Assembly: GCA_944387975.1 (NCBI GenBank)
Contig: CALXGZ010000123.1
Coordinates: 1 to 47,371, forward strand
Source: an uncultured Faecalibacterium sp.
GTDB lineage: Bacteria > Bacillota > Clostridia > Oscillospirales > Ruminococcaceae
Direction of reading: 5' to 3'
Length of the DNA stretch: 47,371 nucleotides
Shown: piece by piece, positions 1-9,820 of the stretch
Position numbering within the stretch: position 1 is the first letter of the stretch
How the letters are laid out: each line of letters opens with the position of its first letter
Made by a program: the position numbers and the translations under genes
The notes under the pieces: generated by a model
What the model was told of the DNA's origin: nothing
The model's input: only the letters and a program-made list of their open reading frames with translations
The model's database searches: none

Positions 1-865
1 CGGCGGCCATGACGTCGGCGATGGCCAGCTTGCCCTCGATGACCTCATAGCCCCAGTCTTTCAGCAGCTCGATGCAGCTGCGGCGGGTGACGCCGGGCAG
101 CACGGTGCCGACGGTGGCGGCGGTGTACACCTTGCCGTCGATCTTGAACATGATGTTCATGCTGCCCACTTCTTCGACGTACTTCTTCTCGACGCCGTCC
201 AGCCACAGCACCTGGGCGTAGCCCTGCTCCTCGGCCAGCTCGCCGGCCTTGATGGAGGCGGCGTAGTTGCCGCCGCACTTGGTAAAGCCGGTCAGGCCGG
301 GGGCGGCGCGGATGTAGTCGTCCTCGACGTAGATGCGCACGGGGTCGATGCCCTCGGCGTAGTACGCGCCGGAGGGCGAGCAGATGATGCAGAAGATATA
401 CTCCTTGGCGGCGTGCACGCCCAGGCCGACGTCGCTGGCAAAGACGAAGGGCCGGATGTACAGCGACGCGCCGTCCGAGTGGGGCACCCAGTCGCGGTCG
501 ATGTCCACGATGGCCTTGACGGCCTGGATGTAGTCCTCCTCGGGGATGGGGGGGATGCACAGGCGGTCGGCGGAGTCCTGCATGCGCTTGGCGTTGCAGT
601 CGGGGCGGAACAGCTGGATGACGCCGTCCGCGGTGCGGTACGCCTTCATGCCCTCAAAGACCTCCTGGGCATAGTGCAGCACCGAGGTGGCGGGGTCCAG
701 CTGGGAGGGGCCGTAGGGCACGATGCGCGCGTCGTGCCAGCCCTGGCCGGCGGTGTAGTTCATCACGAACATGTGGTCGGTGAAGATCTTGCCGAAGCCG
801 AGCTGCGACTCGTCCTCCGGCTTTGCCTTGGGCGCGGCGGTGCGGGTGACTTTGATATCCAACAT
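1..865 (-). CDS. ilvE: Branched-chain amino acid aminotransferase (3' end runs off the window)
   Basis: Manual translation from ATG at 865: MLDIKVTRTAAPKAKPEDESQLGFGKIFTDHMFVMNY...LHYAQEVFEGMKAY...KCGGNYAAS...EEVGSMNIMF...VLPGVTRRS, which are class IV PLP aminotransferase motifs. Missing from the ORF track because it has no stop in the window. Confidence 0.93.
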   Translation of the reverse strand, partial: MLDIKVTRTAAPKAKPEDESQLGFGKIFTDHMFVMNYTAGQGWHDARIVPYGPSQLDPATSVLHYAQEVFEGMKAYRTADGVIQLFRPDCNAKRMQDSADRLCIPPIPEEDYIQAVKAIVDIDRDWVPHSDGASLYIRPFVFASDVGLGVHAAKEYIFCIICSPSGAYYAEGIDPVRIYVEDDYIRAAPGLTGFTKCGGNYAASIKAGELAEEQGYAQVLWLDGVEKKYVEEVGSMNIMFKIDGKVYTAATVGTVLPGVTRRSCIELLKDWGYEVIEGKLAIADVMAA

Positions 866-1108
866 GATATTCCCTCTTTTCTCACTCTCTCTGCGCGAAA
901 GCCGCGGAAGGTCCCACCCCTCCGCTTTGCGCGAACGTTACTACTAATTATAATAACTGATGAGAATTTTACAAGAGGGGCGGCAGATATTTTCATCTTT
1001 GGGTGCTGTAAGTTGCGCGGGATTGTGCTATAATAAGAGCGGAGACCGGGCGGTTCGGCCCGGTTCGAGGGGATCGCAGGAGAGCGACAGAGCAAGATGA
1101 GGAGAGCT

Positions 1109-1762
1109 ATGATACAAGCGGTTCTGTTTGATATGGACGGCCTGATGTTCGATACCGAGCGCATGTGGGGCGCCTTCTGGGCCCCGGCCCTGGCAGAATA
1201 CGGGCTGCCCTATAAGGAAGGGCTGGACGAGGCCGCCCGCGGCACCGCCGGCGAGACGCTGCGCGCCGTGCTGCGCGGCTACTACGGGCCCGACTGCCCG
1301 GCCGAGGCCATCCTCGGCCGCTTCCACGATATGGCGCAGGAGGCCTTCCGCAGGCCGGTGCCCAAAAAGCCCGGCCTGGACGAGCTGCTGGCCTGGCTGG
1401 ATGCGCAGGGCGTGCCGATGGCGGTGGTCTCGTCCAGCAGCGGGGCGGTGATCCGCCGCAACCTGGACAACTGGGGCCTGGGCCATTACTTCAAGGCCGT
1501 CGTGTCCGGCGAGATGGTCGGCCGCTCGAAGCCGGACCCCGCGTCCTTCCTGCTGGGGGCGGAGAAGCTGGGCGCAGAGCCCTGCCGCTGCCTTGTGCTG
1601 GAGGACAGCCACAACGGGGTGCGCGCCGGCGCGGTCGGGGGCTTCGTCACCGTGATGGTGCCCGACCTGATGCCCGTCACCGACGAGATGCGCGGGCTGT
1701 ACACCGCGCAGTGCGCCAGCCTGTTCGAGGTGCTGGACAAGCTGAAGGCAGGTGAGCTTTAA
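1109..1762 (+). CDS. HAD-superfamily phosphatase (beta-phosphoglucomutase-like)
   Basis: FDMDGLMFDTE motif I, SKPDP, LEDSHNG; GAGGAG RBS before ATG 1109. Confidence 0.88.
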   Translation: MIQAVLFDMDGLMFDTERMWGAFWAPALAEYGLPYKEGLDEAARGTAGETLRAVLRGYYGPDCPAEAILGRFHDMAQEAFRRPVPKKPGLDELLAWLDAQGVPMAVVSSSSGAVIRRNLDNWGLGHYFKAVVSGEMVGRSKPDPASFLLGAEKLGAEPCRCLVLEDSHNGVRAGAVGGFVTVMVPDLMPVTDEMRGLYTAQCASLFEVLDKLKAGEL

Positions 1763-2567
1763 GCCCGTGGATACGATCAAAGCCGCCTTTTTCGACATCG
1801 ACGGCACGCTGCTCAGCTTTGCCACGCGGCGGGTGCCCGCCTCGGCGGTGCGCGCGCTGGAAGGGATGCGCAAAGCCGGGCTCAAGCTGTTCATCGCCAG
1901 CGGCCGCCCGCCCATGTATCTGGGCTCGCTGCAGGAGGAGCTGGACTTCCGCTTCGACGGCTATGTGCTGACCAACGGCCAGTGCTGCACCGGCGCGGAC
2001 GGCGTGCCCTTTTACAACCGGGCGCTGCCGGCGGCCTCGGTGCCGGCGCTGCTGCGCTGGCTGGACGCCCACCCCGAGGTGGTCTGCGCCTTCTGCGAGG
2101 CGGACTACGTCTACGACAACCGCCACAGCGCGGCGGTGGACGCCCGCTGCCGCGCCGCCGGCATGGGCCTGCCCCGCCACCCCGTCGAGGACCCGGCCCG
2201 GGCCCTGACCCACGCCACCTACCAGCTGAATGCCTATATGCCCCCCGCCCTGGACGGGCCCTTTGCGGCGGCGGTGCCCGGCTTCAAGGCGGTGCGCTGG
2301 AACGACGTCTTCGCCGACATCATCCCCGCCGACGGCGGCAAGACCGAGGGCATGGCCCGCATGCTGGCCCGCTTTGGCTTGCGCCCGTCCGAGTGCATCG
2401 CCTTTGGGGACGGCGGCAACGACATCGAGATGCTGCGCTATGCCGGCATGGGCGTAGCGATGGGCAACGCCGCCCCCGCCGTGCAGGCCGCGGCCGATTA
2501 CGTCACCGCCAGCGTGGACGGGGACGGCATCTGGAAGGCGGCGCAGCACTTCGGCCTGCTGGGGTAA
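1752..2567 (+). CDS. Cof-type HAD-IIB hydrolase
   Basis: FFDIDGTLL, IASGRP, AFGDGGNDIEML, GVAMGNA motifs; start codon uncertain. Confidence 0.88.
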   Translation: MSFKPVDTIKAAFFDIDGTLLSFATRRVPASAVRALEGMRKAGLKLFIASGRPPMYLGSLQEELDFRFDGYVLTNGQCCTGADGVPFYNRALPAASVPALLRWLDAHPEVVCAFCEADYVYDNRHSAAVDARCRAAGMGLPRHPVEDPARALTHATYQLNAYMPPALDGPFAAAVPGFKAVRWNDVFADIIPADGGKTEGMARMLARFGLRPSECIAFGDGGNDIEMLRYAGMGVAMGNAAPAVQAAADYVTASVDGDGIWKAAQHFGLLG

Positions 2568-2702
2568 CCCAGTCACAGACCCGGCGCGCAAAATCGGGTA
2601 TACTGGTACCATCAGGCGGGCGGCAGAGGCCCCCGCCCCGCAAACCGAACCACAGGCCGCATCCCGCGGCCCGCGAAGATAAAGGACAAAGGAGAGAATA
2701 CC

Positions 2703-3086
2703 ATGAAAGAGTTGAAGTTCTACGTTTGCAGCCACTGCGGTAACCTGGCCGGTATGGTCTACAGCTCGGGCGTGCCCATGATCTGCTGCGGCGAGCCCAT
2801 GAAGGAGCTGGTCCCCAACACCGTTGACGCCGCCGGCGAAAAGCACAAGCCCGTCGCCGCCGTCGAGGGCAGCGTCGTGACCGTGACCGTCGGCTCGGTG
2901 GCGCACCCCATGACCGACGCTCACCTGATCCAGTGGGTGGCCCTGCAGACCGAGCAGGGCGTCCAGCGCAAGGAGCTGGCCGCCGGCGCCGAGCCCAAGG
3001 TGACCTTCGCCCTGGCCGAGGGCGACAAGCCCGTGGCCGCCTACGCCTACTGCAACCTCCACGGCCTGTGGAAGACCGAGCTGTAA
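2703..3086 (+). CDS. dfx: Desulfoferrodoxin / superoxide reductase
   Basis: CSHCGN...CCG centre I; EKHKP, HPMTDAHLI and YCNLHGLW centre II. Confidence 0.92.
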   Translation: MKELKFYVCSHCGNLAGMVYSSGVPMICCGEPMKELVPNTVDAAGEKHKPVAAVEGSVVTVTVGSVAHPMTDAHLIQWVALQTEQGVQRKELAAGAEPKVTFALAEGDKPVAAYAYCNLHGLWKTEL

Positions 3087-3118
3087 GCCGGCCCCGGAGG
3101 ATAGACCCAAGCGCCACG

Positions 3119-3146
3119 AAGCGCCCGCGCAAGCGGGCGCTTTTTT
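3119..3146 (+). terminator. Rho-independent terminator
   Basis: aagcgcccgc-gcaa-gcgggcgc followed by a T6 tract after dfx. Confidence 0.8.
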
Positions 3147-3306
3147 GTGTGGGCCGCGGCCGCCGGGTAGCATACCACCGGCTTTTTGTCTCCCTTAACT
3201 TTGTGCACTCTGCGGGCGGGGCGGGTGGCAGAAATTCCCGGCGTTTTGTGTTATACTAGATACAGAATCAACGGGCGGTACACGCCCGGCAAGGGAGGGG
3301 TCGCAG

Positions 3307-4488
3307 ATGGAAGCACGGACCAAACGCTGCCGCGGTCTGGTGCTGGCCGGGGGCGGGGCCCGGGGCAGCTACCAGGTGGGCGTGTGGCGCGCGCTGGATG
3401 AGCTGGGCTGGACGGCCGGGGCCGTCACCGGCACCAGCGTCGGCTGTTTGAACGGCGCGATGTATGTTCTGGGCCAGTACGAGACGGCCCGGGATATGTG
3501 GCTGAGCATCCGCAGCGAGGACGTGATGGAGCTGCCCGACCCCGCCGGCGGCCCCCGCGCCCTGGGCGAGGCGGTGCGCCAGTTCGTGGCGGAGGGCGGG
3601 CTGGATATCTCCCCGCTGGAGGGCATCGTGGCCCGCGTGCTGGACGAGGACGCGCTGCGCGCCTCGCCGGTGCGCTTTGGCCTGGTGACGGTGGCAAAGC
3701 GCGGCCTGCGCCCCCGCGAGCTGACCCTCGAGGAGATCCCCAAGGGCCAGGTGGGCGACTACCTGCTGGCGTCGGCGGCCTTTTACCCGGCCATGCCGGC
3801 GCGCAGCATCGACGGTGTCGAGTACCTGGACGGCGGCTACTCGAACAATATGCCCACCGGGCTGGCCGCGCGGCTGGGCGCGGAGGAGCTGGTCTGCGTC
3901 GACCTCGAGGGGCTGGGCTTCACCAAACCGAACCGCACGGGCCTGCCCACCACCCTCATCCGCAGCCATTGGGAGCTGGGGGAGCTGCTGCGCTTCGACC
4001 CTGCCGTCGCCCGCCGCAACATCGAGCTGGGCTACTACGACACGCTGCGGGCCTTCGGGCGGCTGCGGGGCGACGCCTATGCGCTGGCGCTGCCCGGCAG
4101 CGAAGAAGCCGCCGGGGAGTTCCGCGCCCGCTTCGACCCCTTGCAGGAGGCGGTGCGCGCCCGCTGGCCCGCCGCGCATATCCCGGCGGCGCTGGCGCTG
4201 GCCCTCGCCGGCTGGAAGGACGAGCCCCTGGCCCCGCTGGAAGCCGCCGCCGAGGCCGCCGGGGTGGACCCGGCCCGCCTGTATACCGTCGAGCAGCTGG
4301 AGGCCGCTTTTTTAGACGCCTGCGACGCCGGGCGGCTGGCGGGCTTTGACCCCCTGTTCGAGCAGGGGGAGAAAAACGCCGGCAGCGCCGCGCTGGCCGC
4401 CCGGGCCGCGCTGCTGCCGCATCTGTTCTTGCAGGCCCTTGTCCGCCGGGCGCTGACAGGGCCGCTGCTGCCGGAGGTGATCGCATGA
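3307..4488 (+). CDS. Patatin-like phospholipase
   Basis: GGGARG, GTSVG (GxSxG) and DGG motifs. Confidence 0.88.
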   Translation: MEARTKRCRGLVLAGGGARGSYQVGVWRALDELGWTAGAVTGTSVGCLNGAMYVLGQYETARDMWLSIRSEDVMELPDPAGGPRALGEAVRQFVAEGGLDISPLEGIVARVLDEDALRASPVRFGLVTVAKRGLRPRELTLEEIPKGQVGDYLLASAAFYPAMPARSIDGVEYLDGGYSNNMPTGLAARLGAEELVCVDLEGLGFTKPNRTGLPTTLIRSHWELGELLRFDPAVARRNIELGYYDTLRAFGRLRGDAYALALPGSEEAAGEFRARFDPLQEAVRARWPAAHIPAALALALAGWKDEPLAPLEAAAEAAGVDPARLYTVEQLEAAFLDACDAGRLAGFDPLFEQGEKNAGSAALAARAALLPHLFLQALVRRALTGPLLPEVIA

Positions 4489-6128
4489 GACAGTATCAGG
4501 GCATATCCGTTTCGCCCGGTCTGGTGCTGGGGCAGGTCAGCCTGCTCAAGCGGGAGACCTACCTGTTCAACCGCAGCCAGCACAGCCCCGAAAAAGAGGA
4601 GCTGGTGCTGGAAGAGGCCCTGCGCATCGCGAAGAACGAGCTGGACTCCATGGCCGGCCGCTCGGCCGCCAGCGAGCAGGCCATCTTCACCTTCCAGAGC
4701 ATGCTGCTGGAGGATGAGAGCTTTATGGGCGAGGTGCGCTCCTACATACAGGCCGGCACCGGCGCGGCCGAGGCCATGAACCGCGTGGGCCAGCGCTACG
4801 CCGACAAGCTGCTGGCCATGACCGACAACGCCTATTTGCAGCTGCGCAACGTCGATATCCTGGACGTCACCCAGCGGGTGGTGAACATCCTGGCCGGGCG
4901 GCCCCGCGTGCTGCTCACGCTGGACCACCCCGTCATCCTGGTGGCGGATAAGCTGATGCCCAGCGACCTGTTCAGCATCCCGTCGGGGATGATCCTGGGC
5001 ATCATCACCTCGGAGGGCAGCACCCTCAGCCACGCGGCCATCATCGCCCGGGCGCGGGGCATCCCCAGCATCATCCAGGTGGGGCGCGATTTCCTGGACG
5101 ACTGCGACGGCCGCCTGGTGGTGCTGGACGCCGACGCCGGCTGCTGCATCCTGGACCCCGACGCCGACACCCGCCAGCAGACGGTCAGCCGCATCTGCGC
5201 GCGCCAGCAGGTGGAGGAGGACGCCCTCGAGATGCCCGTGCGCAGCATGCCCTGCCGCACCCGCGACGGCGCGGCCTTCGAGCTGCTGGCCAACTGCTTC
5301 GGCCCCGAGGACATCGGCAGCGCCCTCAACCTGGGCGCGGCGGGGGTGGGCCTGCTGCGCAGCGACTACCAGATCCTGGCGGGCAACACCTTCGACGAGC
5401 AGGAGCAGTTCTATTACTACGCGGCCTGCATCGCGGCGGCCGGGGGCAAGCCCATCACCGTGCGCACCTTCGACTTTGGCTCCGACCGCACGCTCTCGAA
5501 CGTCTACAAGGGGGACCAGTCCGCGCATCTGGGCATGCGGGGCATACGCTCCAGCCTGCGGCAGCCCCGCCGCTTCGAAAACCAGATCCGCGCCCTGCTG
5601 CGGGCCGGGGCCATCGGGCCGCTGCGCATCATGTTCCCCATGGTGACGAACGTGGCCGACTGGGACGACGCGATGAGCCTTGTCAACCACTGCCGCCACA
5701 ACCTGGAGGAGCGCGGCATCACCTATAAGGCGGACGTGCCCTTCGGCATCATGCTCAGCATCCCGGCGGCCTGCCTGACCGCCGAGGACTTTGTGCGGCA
5801 CGGGTGCGAGTTCTTCGTCATCGGCACCAACGACTTGACCCAGTACACCCACGCCGCCGGCCGCGAGGTGACCAGCGCCGAGCGCTATTTCCAGCCCACC
5901 AGCAAGGCCATGTACAAGCTGATCCGCATGACGGTGGACGCCGCCGAGGCGCGGGGCATCCCCGTCAGCATCTGCGGCCTGGCCGTGGGCGACCCGGCCA
6001 ACGCGGTGCAGTATCTGCACATGGGGCTGCGCAGCTTCTCGATGGGGCCGCAGAACCTGCTCAGCGTCAAAAAGGCGCTGCTGGAGGCCGACGCCGCCCC
6101 CGACCGCGCCGGCCCGCCCTTTGAATAA
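4485..6128 (+). CDS. PTS enzyme I (PtsI)-like PEP-utilising protein, divergent paralog
   Basis: SHAAIIAR phospho-His motif, GVGLLRSD, VRTFDFGSDR, LGMRGIR, IGTNDLTQY, SICG; ATGA overlap with the patatin gene. Confidence 0.85.
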   Translation: MRQYQGISVSPGLVLGQVSLLKRETYLFNRSQHSPEKEELVLEEALRIAKNELDSMAGRSAASEQAIFTFQSMLLEDESFMGEVRSYIQAGTGAAEAMNRVGQRYADKLLAMTDNAYLQLRNVDILDVTQRVVNILAGRPRVLLTLDHPVILVADKLMPSDLFSIPSGMILGIITSEGSTLSHAAIIARARGIPSIIQVGRDFLDDCDGRLVVLDADAGCCILDPDADTRQQTVSRICARQQVEEDALEMPVRSMPCRTRDGAAFELLANCFGPEDIGSALNLGAAGVGLLRSDYQILAGNTFDEQEQFYYYAACIAAAGGKPITVRTFDFGSDRTLSNVYKGDQSAHLGMRGIRSSLRQPRRFENQIRALLRAGAIGPLRIMFPMVTNVADWDDAMSLVNHCRHNLEERGITYKADVPFGIMLSIPAACLTAEDFVRHGCEFFVIGTNDLTQYTHAAGREVTSAERYFQPTSKAMYKLIRMTVDAAEARGIPVSICGLAVGDPANAVQYLHMGLRSFSMGPQNLLSVKKALLEADAAPDRAGPPFE

Positions 6129-6142
6129 GCTCAAGTGATACC

Positions 6143-6186
6143 AAAAGCCCCGGCCGGATGACAGGCGCATCCGGCCGGGGCTTTTT
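6143..6186. terminator. Rho-independent terminator (bidirectional-looking)
   Basis: aaaagccccggccggatg...catccggccggggcttttt. Confidence 0.8.
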
Positions 6187-6271
6187 GGGCGTGCGGCTTT
6201 ACATCCCGCAGCGCATCGTGTATAATCGTGGAAAAACGGCGCACGGCGGCGCTGAGTGAGAGGGAGATACG

Positions 6272-6919
6272 ATGCGGCATCGATACTGGATCTTTGATAT
6301 GGACGGCACGCTGACCGACAGCATGCCCATTTGGGCCGAGGCGCCCTACGAGCTGGTGCGCGGCTTTGGCCGCACCCCCGCGCCCGATCTGGGCCGGGTG
6401 CTGCTGCCCATGAGCGCGCTGGAAACGGCGCAGTACCTGATCGAGACCTACGACCTGCCCCTGACCATCGACGGCTACACCCGCGCGGCCGTGGACGCGG
6501 TGGGCCGGCTGTACCAGGGGGTCGGCCTCAAGCCGGGGGTGGCGCAGGTGCTGGACCGCCTCGAGGCCGAAGGGGCCCAGATGTGCGTCTGCTCGGCCAC
6601 CTGGCAGTTCATGTGCGAGCGGGTGTTGGGCCGGCTGGGCATCCTGGACAAGTTCCAGTTTGTGCTGACGGCGGGCAATGACAACTCGAAGCACCACCCC
6701 GAGGTCTTTTTCCAGGCGCTGGGCCGCCTGGGCGGCGCCGACCCGGCGCAGTGCGTCGTCTGTGAGGACGCGCTGTACGCGGCGCGCACCGCCCATAACG
6801 CGGGCTTTACCGTCATCGGGGTGGCCGACGCGGCCAGCGCCCCCGACGAGGCGGCCATCCGCGCGGCCAGCAGCCAGTTCTTGACCAGCTGGGCCCAGCT
6901 GGACTGGGCGAAGGTTTAA
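6272..6919 (+). CDS. HAD-superfamily phosphatase
   Basis: IFDMDGTLTDSM motif I, SKHHP, VCEDA. Confidence 0.85.
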   Translation: MRHRYWIFDMDGTLTDSMPIWAEAPYELVRGFGRTPAPDLGRVLLPMSALETAQYLIETYDLPLTIDGYTRAAVDAVGRLYQGVGLKPGVAQVLDRLEAEGAQMCVCSATWQFMCERVLGRLGILDKFQFVLTAGNDNSKHHPEVFFQALGRLGGADPAQCVVCEDALYAARTAHNAGFTVIGVADAASAPDEAAIRAASSQFLTSWAQLDWAKV

Positions 6920-7659
6920 ATATCCCCAAAGGCCCCGCCGTGCCACGCGGCCAGCGCCTGCCGGACGGCAGCCTCGCGCCCGTGGGGCAGGGGCAGCCGG
7001 GCCCCGCTGGCCATCTGCACCTCGCCCGCGGCCAGCAGCCGCACCTCGGCCAGGTTGACCAGGTACGAGCGGTGCGTCTGGACAAAGCGACCGTCCGCCA
7101 GCAGCGGCGCGGCCAGCTGCAAAAAGGGCGCCCGCTGCGACAGCGAGGCCACCGCCTCGCCCCCCCGCAGGTGGAAGTGCACCACGTGCTGGGTGCACTC
7201 GAGGTATTCGATCTGCGCATAGGGCAGCACCCGCAGCCCCGCCGCCGTCGGCAGGGCCAGGGCGGGGGCGTACTCGGGCTGGACGGCCCTGTCCAGCAGG
7301 GCGGACATCGCCTCGTAGCGCACCGGGCACAGCAGGTACTGCATGGCGTCGGCGCGGTAGGCGTAGTAGGCCCAGGCCGGCGTGCGCGCCGCAAAGGCCA
7401 GGGGCGCGCGCCGGCCCTGCTGGCGCAGCGTCATGGCGGCCGACAGCCCCGCCGGCAGCGCGCCGGCCGGGCCGGCCAACTCGATCAGGTACAGCTCGTA
7501 GCGGCCGCCCGCGGCGTCCCGCGCCAGCAGGGCCGCCGGGCTGTCGAAGCAGTCGGCGGCGCAGACGGCGGTGCGCCGGGCAAAATAGTCTTCGCAGTGC
7601 CGCCGCAGCACCGTCCGCAGGGCGGGGTCCCCGGCGCAGATCGCGATGTGAAAGATCAT
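6916..7659 (-). CDS. LytTR-family regulator with degenerate receiver domain
   Basis: C-terminal IEYLE...FVQTHRSYLVNL LytTR signature; receiver-like N-terminus lacks the canonical Asp and Lys residues. Confidence 0.8.
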   Translation of the reverse strand: MIFHIAICAGDPALRTVLRRHCEDYFARRTAVCAADCFDSPAALLARDAAGGRYELYLIELAGPAGALPAGLSAAMTLRQQGRRAPLAFAARTPAWAYYAYRADAMQYLLCPVRYEAMSALLDRAVQPEYAPALALPTAAGLRVLPYAQIEYLECTQHVVHFHLRGGEAVASLSQRAPFLQLAAPLLADGRFVQTHRSYLVNLAEVRLLAAGEVQMASGARLPLPHGREAAVRQALAAWHGGAFGDI

Positions 7660-7773
7660 AATAAAAGGACCTCCTGCCCCGCAGGGCGGAGCGTTGAATG
7701 CAAAATCAAAGCCGGAGCAGGCCCCAAGGGCCTGCCCCGGTTTTTGTCTGTCGTTTTTGCGCAGGCAGGCCGC

Positions 7774-9567
7774 TCAGTCGCCGATGGCGGCGCACTTGCC
7801 GGCCAGCCAGTCGCGCTCCTCGCCGGTCAGGCGGGGGGCCAGCTGCTCGAAGACGCGGCGGTGGTAGGCGTTCAGCCAGTCGCGCTGCTCGCGCGTGAGC
7901 ACGCCGGGCACGATGGGCGAGGTGGCGATGGGCACCCAGGTCATCGGCTCGAAGCAGAGGAAGCGCCCGTACTGGTTGACGGCCTTTTCGCGGCATTCCA
8001 GCTCGTTCTCGATGCGGATACCGAGCCGCCCGCCCTCGTAGACGCCGGGCTCGTCGGTGACGACCATGCCCGGCTCAAAGACGACCTGGTTGCGGGGGTT
8101 CAGGCTGTGGGGGCCTTCGTGCACGTTGCCCACGAAGCTGACGCTGTGGCCGGTGCCGCAGCGGTAGTTGATCAGGTGCTGCCACAGCGGCTCGCGCGCG
8201 ATGCTGTCCAGCATCTGGCCGGTGCAGTAGTCCAGCCAGACGGCCCTGGCGATGTCGATGTGGCTCTGCAGCGTCCAGGTGTAGCACAGCCGCTCCTCCT
8301 CGGTCAGGGGGCCGAGGGGGTAGGTGCGGGTGATGTCGGTGGTGCCGTCCATATAGGTGCCGCCGCAGTCCACCAGCAAAAAGCCCCTGCGCTCGAGGGC
8401 GGCGTGGTCGGCCTCGGTGGCGTGGTAGTGCATCATGGCCGCGTTGGGGCCGTAGGCCGCGATGGTGCCGAAGCTCTCCACCAGGAACTTGTCCTGGGCG
8501 CTGCGGTACTTGTGCAGGATCTCGTCGACGGTCAGCTCGGTCAGGGCCTCGCCGGCGGCCAGGCGCTCCTCCAGCTCTTTCTGGAAGCGCACCATCGCCA
8601 CGCCGTCCCGGATGTGGCACTCGCGGGCGTGGGCCAGCTCGGTGGCGTTCTTCACGCCCTTCATGGGCAGCAGGGGGTCGGGCAGGCTCTTGACGGTCAG
8701 GGCGGGGTTCGCCTCCAGGGCGCTGAACACCGCGTAGTTGACCGAGGCGGGCTCGGCCAGGACGGTCTGGGGCGCGCTGTAATTCGCCAGGAAGCTGAGC
8801 ACCTCGTCGTAGCCGGCCAGGCGCACGCCGCAGGCGGCCAGCTCTTCGGCGGCCTCGGGGGCAAGGCGGCTGCTGTCCATAAAGAGCACGGCCTCGTCCA
8901 TCGTCACGAAGCAGTAGGCCATGGCGTAGGGGGTGCACTCGATGTCCATCGCGCGCAAATTGAGCAGCCAGGCCAGGTTATCCAGCTTGCCCACCATCTG
9001 GGCGGTGCAGCCCAGCTCTTCCAGCTTTTTGCGCAGGCGGGCCAGCTTTTCGGCGGGGGTGGCCCCGGCGTATTCGGCCGGCAGCAGCCAGGCGGGGGTG
9101 GCGGGCAGCGGGGGCCGGCCCTCGGTCCACAGCTCGTCCTCCAAATTCAGCGTGACGACGGCCACGCCCTTGGGGTCCAGCAGCTTTTGCAGGCCGCGCA
9201 CCAGCTGGCAGGAGGCGGTCAGCCCGCACAGGCCCAGCTTTTCGCCCTCGGCCAGGGCGCCGGCGCAGTACTGCTCGACGGTGGGCACGCCCGGCTCGCC
9301 CATGCGCATCAGCTCGATCTCGGTGCCGGCCAGCTCCTTTTCGGCCTGCACGAAAAAGCGGCCGTCCGCCCACAGGGCGCTCTTCGACAAGGTGACCACC
9401 AGGGTGGAATTCTCGCCGGTGAAGCCGGAAAAATATTCCCGGCTGTTATAATGGGCGGGCAGATACTCGCTGGAATGGGGGTCCCCGGTGGGGATGAGGT
9501 AGGCGGCCACCCCTGCGCTGCGCATCGCGCTGCGCAGGGCGGCCAGCCGTTCGCTGACAGTAGACAT
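7774..9567 (-). CDS. Xaa-Pro aminopeptidase (aminopeptidase P, M24B)
   Basis: DPHSSEY, LWADGRF, DCGGTYMDGTTDITRT, GTGH, VHEGP, TDEPGVY, GIRIEN. Confidence 0.92.
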   Translation of the reverse strand: MSTVSERLAALRSAMRSAGVAAYLIPTGDPHSSEYLPAHYNSREYFSGFTGENSTLVVTLSKSALWADGRFFVQAEKELAGTEIELMRMGEPGVPTVEQYCAGALAEGEKLGLCGLTASCQLVRGLQKLLDPKGVAVVTLNLEDELWTEGRPPLPATPAWLLPAEYAGATPAEKLARLRKKLEELGCTAQMVGKLDNLAWLLNLRAMDIECTPYAMAYCFVTMDEAVLFMDSSRLAPEAAEELAACGVRLAGYDEVLSFLANYSAPQTVLAEPASVNYAVFSALEANPALTVKSLPDPLLPMKGVKNATELAHARECHIRDGVAMVRFQKELEERLAAGEALTELTVDEILHKYRSAQDKFLVESFGTIAAYGPNAAMMHYHATEADHAALERRGFLLVDCGGTYMDGTTDITRTYPLGPLTEEERLCYTWTLQSHIDIARAVWLDYCTGQMLDSIAREPLWQHLINYRCGTGHSVSFVGNVHEGPHSLNPRNQVVFEPGMVVTDEPGVYEGGRLGIRIENELECREKAVNQYGRFLCFEPMTWVPIATSPIVPGVLTREQRDWLNAYHRRVFEQLAPRLTGEERDWLAGKCAAIGD

Positions 9568-9820
9568 AGCAAAAGCCTTCTTTCTGCAAAATCTGCCGGG
9601 AAGAACGCCCGGCGGCGTCGTTTGGCTGCCCTTATTGTAGCATTCCGGCCCGAAGAATGCAATGCGGGCCCGCCCGTCGCAAAAAATTTACAAAATATTC
9701 CGCAAAACGCCGTTTCGGGCATTGACAGCTTTGTTATAATAAAGATGTATGAAGTTTGCGGGGGCCCGGCCCCCGTTGTCACGCAGATAGAGTGAGAAGA
9801 AAACGAGGCAAAAAACGATT

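Noticed and set aside
866-1100. T-box or riboswitch upstream of ilvE
   Set aside because: The intergenic region is short and shared with a divergent gene, with no T-box consensus or antiterminator visible
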